A stretch of 64,000 nt of DNA, taken from NCBI GenBank assembly GCA_963733035.1, contig CAVTBU010000006.1:448001-512000 (forward strand), written 5' to 3'. The translations under genes were made by a program, and so were the position numbers. Below are positions 62,101 to 64,000 of the stretch, piece after piece. Positions within the stretch are counted from its first letter, which is position 1; the number at the start of each line of letters is the position of its first letter. The notes under the pieces are model-generated. The model worked only from the letters and a program-made list of their open reading frames with translations, did no database searches and was not told where the DNA came from. Origin of the DNA: Pirellulales bacterium. GTDB lineage: Bacteria > Planctomycetota > Planctomycetia > Pirellulales > PALSA-1355.

Positions 62101-63441
62101 AATGGCCCGGTTGGCGAGCGCATCATTGACGACGGAGATACTGGCTACAGTCACTCGAGCGGTTGGACCACGGTAACCAACACGCTGGCCTACGGGCTCG
62201 ACTATGATTATCACGCGGCGGGCAATGACAACAGTACCGCCAGCTATACTTTCAACGGGCTGGCCGACGGTAGCTACGAGATCTATGCCAAGTGGATCCC
62301 GTTCAGCAATCGCGCTACCAATGCGCCCTACACGATTCTGAATGGCTCGACCGTGGTTGACACGGTGCTCGTCAATCAGCAGGCGGCGCCCAGCGGTGAT
62401 GTGTCCAACGGCGTGACCTGGCAGAAGCTGGGCACCTATACGACAACGACCGGCAAGCTCGTTGTACGATTGGGAGACAACGCCAATGGGTATGTCGTGG
62501 CTGACGCCGTGCGGCTGGTGCCCAATAGTATCGCCGCGCAAACGCCTGAAATCGACGTGGCGGGGCTGGGCATTTCGATCAACACGGGGGATACCGTCCC
62601 CGCGGCCGCTGATGGCACGGAGTTCGGCACCACGAACCTCAATAGCGACTCGCCGCTTCATACCTTTACGATCACGAATAACGGCAATGCCTTACTGCAG
62701 CTGGGTGGCAGCCCGCGAGTCCTTGTTTCTGGTGCGAATGCGTCTGACTTCCTGGTCACGGTGCAGCCGGCGGCGTCCTTGAATCCAAACACCTCGACGA
62801 ACTTCGGAATCTTGTTCCGTCCAACCGGCACGGGCTTGCGTCAGGCCACTGTGACGATCGCCAACAACGACAGCAACGAAGGGCCGTACACCTTCACAAT
62901 TGAAGGTACCGGTGTGGCCGCCGCTTCGCCGCTTGTGCACAACAGCGTACTACCTCAAGATGTCAATGCGGATGCGAAGGTCACGAGCAGCGATGTCTTG
63001 ATCCTGGTGAACAACTTGCTGCGGGGGCAGGGCGCCGCGCCCCTGGCTGCCGTTGCCAGCAATGGTTCGACGCCAAGCTACTACCTAGACGTCAACGATG
63101 ATGGATGCTTTTCATCCAGCGACTTGCTGATGGTGGTGAACTACATGCTCCGCACTTTCGCCGCGCCGCACGCTGCGCCGGCGGTGGCCGAACCGCTCGC
63201 CGCACCCGCCGTGGACGAGGCCTTCGTGTTGTTTGATGATACCGCCCAGGAATCCACGGGAGAGAACGCCGCTCGTGCCGAGTCGATCGCCGCTGCCAAG
63301 GCCGACACGCCCCGCAACGCCTCTGCGCCCTCGGCCACGCTGACATCGCCGGCGGTAAATGCCGCTCTGGCCACATTGGATGACCAGGAACAGGCTGACG
63401 ACAAGGACTTTGACTGGGACCCGCTTTCGCTTGAGGTTTAG
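59173..63441 (+). CDS. Large secreted S8-family peptidase with Calx-beta, golvesin-like, Ig-like and dockerin-like domains
   Basis: LEPLEDRRML signal; GITVGVISDS, DEGRAM, SSAGN, FFGTSAAAPH; C-terminal modules paralogous to 34835-38428. Confidence 0.85.
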   Translation: MFDPVHRRSTRKSGTHAQRSTQAAKFHPGLEPLEDRRMLHFDGYQQALVAFEGDDLVGKDGPMSRVGFDLTLMFEQYKIQTSLDPGAAFVPSGGLPVEISGNSINIDLVGSGDANAFRNQLTSLGMTNIVSFGSLVSGSIPLGNLDQLAGLNTLLFARPTYLPITSAGLTTSQADSALHADEARSLFGVDGSGITVGVISDSFDSVPYAGGVDGVTKDIQTGDLPQDTQVLQDFVSPFSTDEGRAMAQLIHDLAPGAAIRFATADVNGQVGFAQNILALANAGANVITDDISYFAEPFFQDGVIAQAAQQVVAQGVSYFSSAGNEEARSYESAFVDSGQTLANGAKLHDFDPGPGVSTLQEIKLPVGDAVQMSFQWDQPFASLGGAGSQSDLDISLIGADGTTVVASSIDQNIGGDPIEFLQALNDGSIDLDNDGQPDTKFYIQISLVSGPAPGLMKYVDFGRSSTIVSFATDSSTDVGHHNTAGVIGVAATAFYGTPQFGITPPVLDYYSSKGGTSILFDTSGQRLTTPFNPNSPQLTGVDGTNTTFFGSDISQDADSFPNFFGTSAAAPHLAAVAALMIELTGGPGSVAPDDIYNALEETAIDIVNRSDGTVLIPIVNGQGFDLYSGYGLVDAVAALQSINSRVSLGDDVAMLEGDSGITNFVFAVNYMGTAVSPVTVAYTTLDGTAVAGADYLSNSGTLTFSVGGATTQWITIGVVADQVVESNETFLVKLSSPENAVLGRSQAVGTILNDDIDLSINDVALVEGHNGLRDAVFTVSTYGVVNQVISVSYTTVNNTAQGASDYLPTAGVVTLNAQTPTALVTVPVVGDIVDEDDETFFVVLTSSHGARIADGTGVGTIIDDDQSPALYVNDVQVTTTASGTFAAMFTVGLDAVSGRAVTANFATSDVSAHSGVDYSGLVGVLTFNPGVRTQTVVVPIMTAAVYSADKTFHLNLTSAQNALMADPQGTATIVFANGPVGERIIDDGDTGYSHSSGWTTVTNTLAYGLDYDYHAAGNDNSTASYTFNGLADGSYEIYAKWIPFSNRATNAPYTILNGSTVVDTVLVNQQAAPSGDVSNGVTWQKLGTYTTTTGKLVVRLGDNANGYVVADAVRLVPNSIAAQTPEIDVAGLGISINTGDTVPAAADGTEFGTTNLNSDSPLHTFTITNNGNALLQLGGSPRVLVSGANASDFLVTVQPAASLNPNTSTNFGILFRPTGTGLRQATVTIANNDSNEGPYTFTIEGTGVAAASPLVHNSVLPQDVNADAKVTSSDVLILVNNLLRGQGAAPLAAVASNGSTPSYYLDVNDDGCFSSSDLLMVVNYMLRTFAAPHAAPAVAEPLAAPAVDEAFVLFDDTAQESTGENAARAESIAAAKADTPRNASAPSATLTSPAVNAALATLDDQEQADDKDFDWDPLSLEV

Positions 63442-63672
63442 CGCACTTACCGGATGTCGACGTCGTCTAATCCACTCTGGCACGAACCTGGCCGGGCATT
63501 TCCGTGTCTGCCCGGGCGGCTGGCTCCGAATTTCGGCGCGTTGGAGGATGAGCCGCGGCACTTCTCCCGGTAGCCGCGATCCGCTAACCTAACGGTTTGA
63601 GCCGTTCGTGGAACCGCTCCGCTGCCGTTAAGTTGACGCTCTCCGACAGATGGTTCGAGGAAGGTTTACTGC

Positions 63673-64000
63673 ATGACCTGCGCGACTCGATTCTCACCGC
63701 TTCGCACGCAAATCGCCGGCGTCGACGTCGAGGCCTTGGCTCGCGATTTCGGTACGCCGACCTATGTTTACGACGCCACCAAGATCGTCGAGCGGATTGA
63801 GGACCTGGAAGCCTTCGACACGGTTCGTTTTGCACAGAAGGCCTGTTCGAATCTGGCGATTCTCGATCTCGTGCGACGTCATAGCGTCCTCGTCGACGCC
63901 GTGAGTGCCGGCGAGATTCGGCGGGCTTTGGCCTCCGGTTATTCGGCCACGGGAGATCCTCCGCCGATTGTTTATACGGCCGACATCTTTGACGCCGAGG
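63673..64000 (+). CDS. lysA: Diaminopimelate decarboxylase (partial, runs off the right edge; absent from the ORF track)
   Basis: My translation: ...ALARDFGTPTYVYD..RFAQKACSNLAIL..VDAVSAGEI.RAL. Confidence 0.88.
   Translation, partial: MTCATRFSPLRTQIAGVDVEALARDFGTPTYVYDATKIVERIEDLEAFDTVRFAQKACSNLAILDLVRRHSVLVDAVSAGEIRRALASGYSATGDPPPIVYTADIFDAE

Noticed and set aside
63442..63672. Lysine riboswitch upstream of lysA
   Set aside because: I could not find the conserved AGAGGUGC-type core or a terminator; only generic GC pairings. An Rfam scan would settle it.

Overview
GC-rich bacterial DNA, very probably a planctomycete (Pirellulales-like). Two giant secreted proteins carry the planctomycete LE-x-L-E-x-R-R-M-L N-terminal signal. 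The main object is a ~24 kb phage-derived cluster (~3.3-27.2 kb), almost all on the + strand. In order it encodes a permuted NlpC/P60 enzyme, a trypsin-like protease, a holin-like protein, a ParB-like protein, an ABC-ATPase/GNAT fusion, terminase small and large subunits, portal, head protease/scaffold, decoration protein, major capsid protein, neck and tail-tube proteins, and a Cys/poly-Thr mucin-like fibre, followed by two glycosyltransferases and a terminal XRE regulator. I see no integrase, replication genes or tape-measure protein, so it resembles a domesticated, GTA-like particle locus more than an ordinary prophage (inference). Its two operons share regulation that the ORF track does not show. 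An identical 16-bp promoter core (TTGAAATCGGGCCAGC, at 3339 and 11771) precedes a conserved, covarying RNA leader (GGGTATC-loop-GAGCC hairpin, second hairpin, intrinsic terminator; at 3385 and 12040). A 60-aa YezD/DUF2292-like gene lies between the second promoter and its leader, which suggests a small-protein antitermination switch. Many cluster genes are broken by single-base indels but have no nonsense codons, most consistent with consensus errors. The rest of the window is ordinary chromosome: moaB-like, DNase I-like, HD hydrolase, 3'-5' exonuclease, pepT, RNase Z-like, two paralogous Calx-beta surface proteins, an AsmA-like gene, a LarA-like gene, a VWA membrane protein, an M50/HlyD triad, an APC permease, a PLP lyase, infA and the start of lysA.
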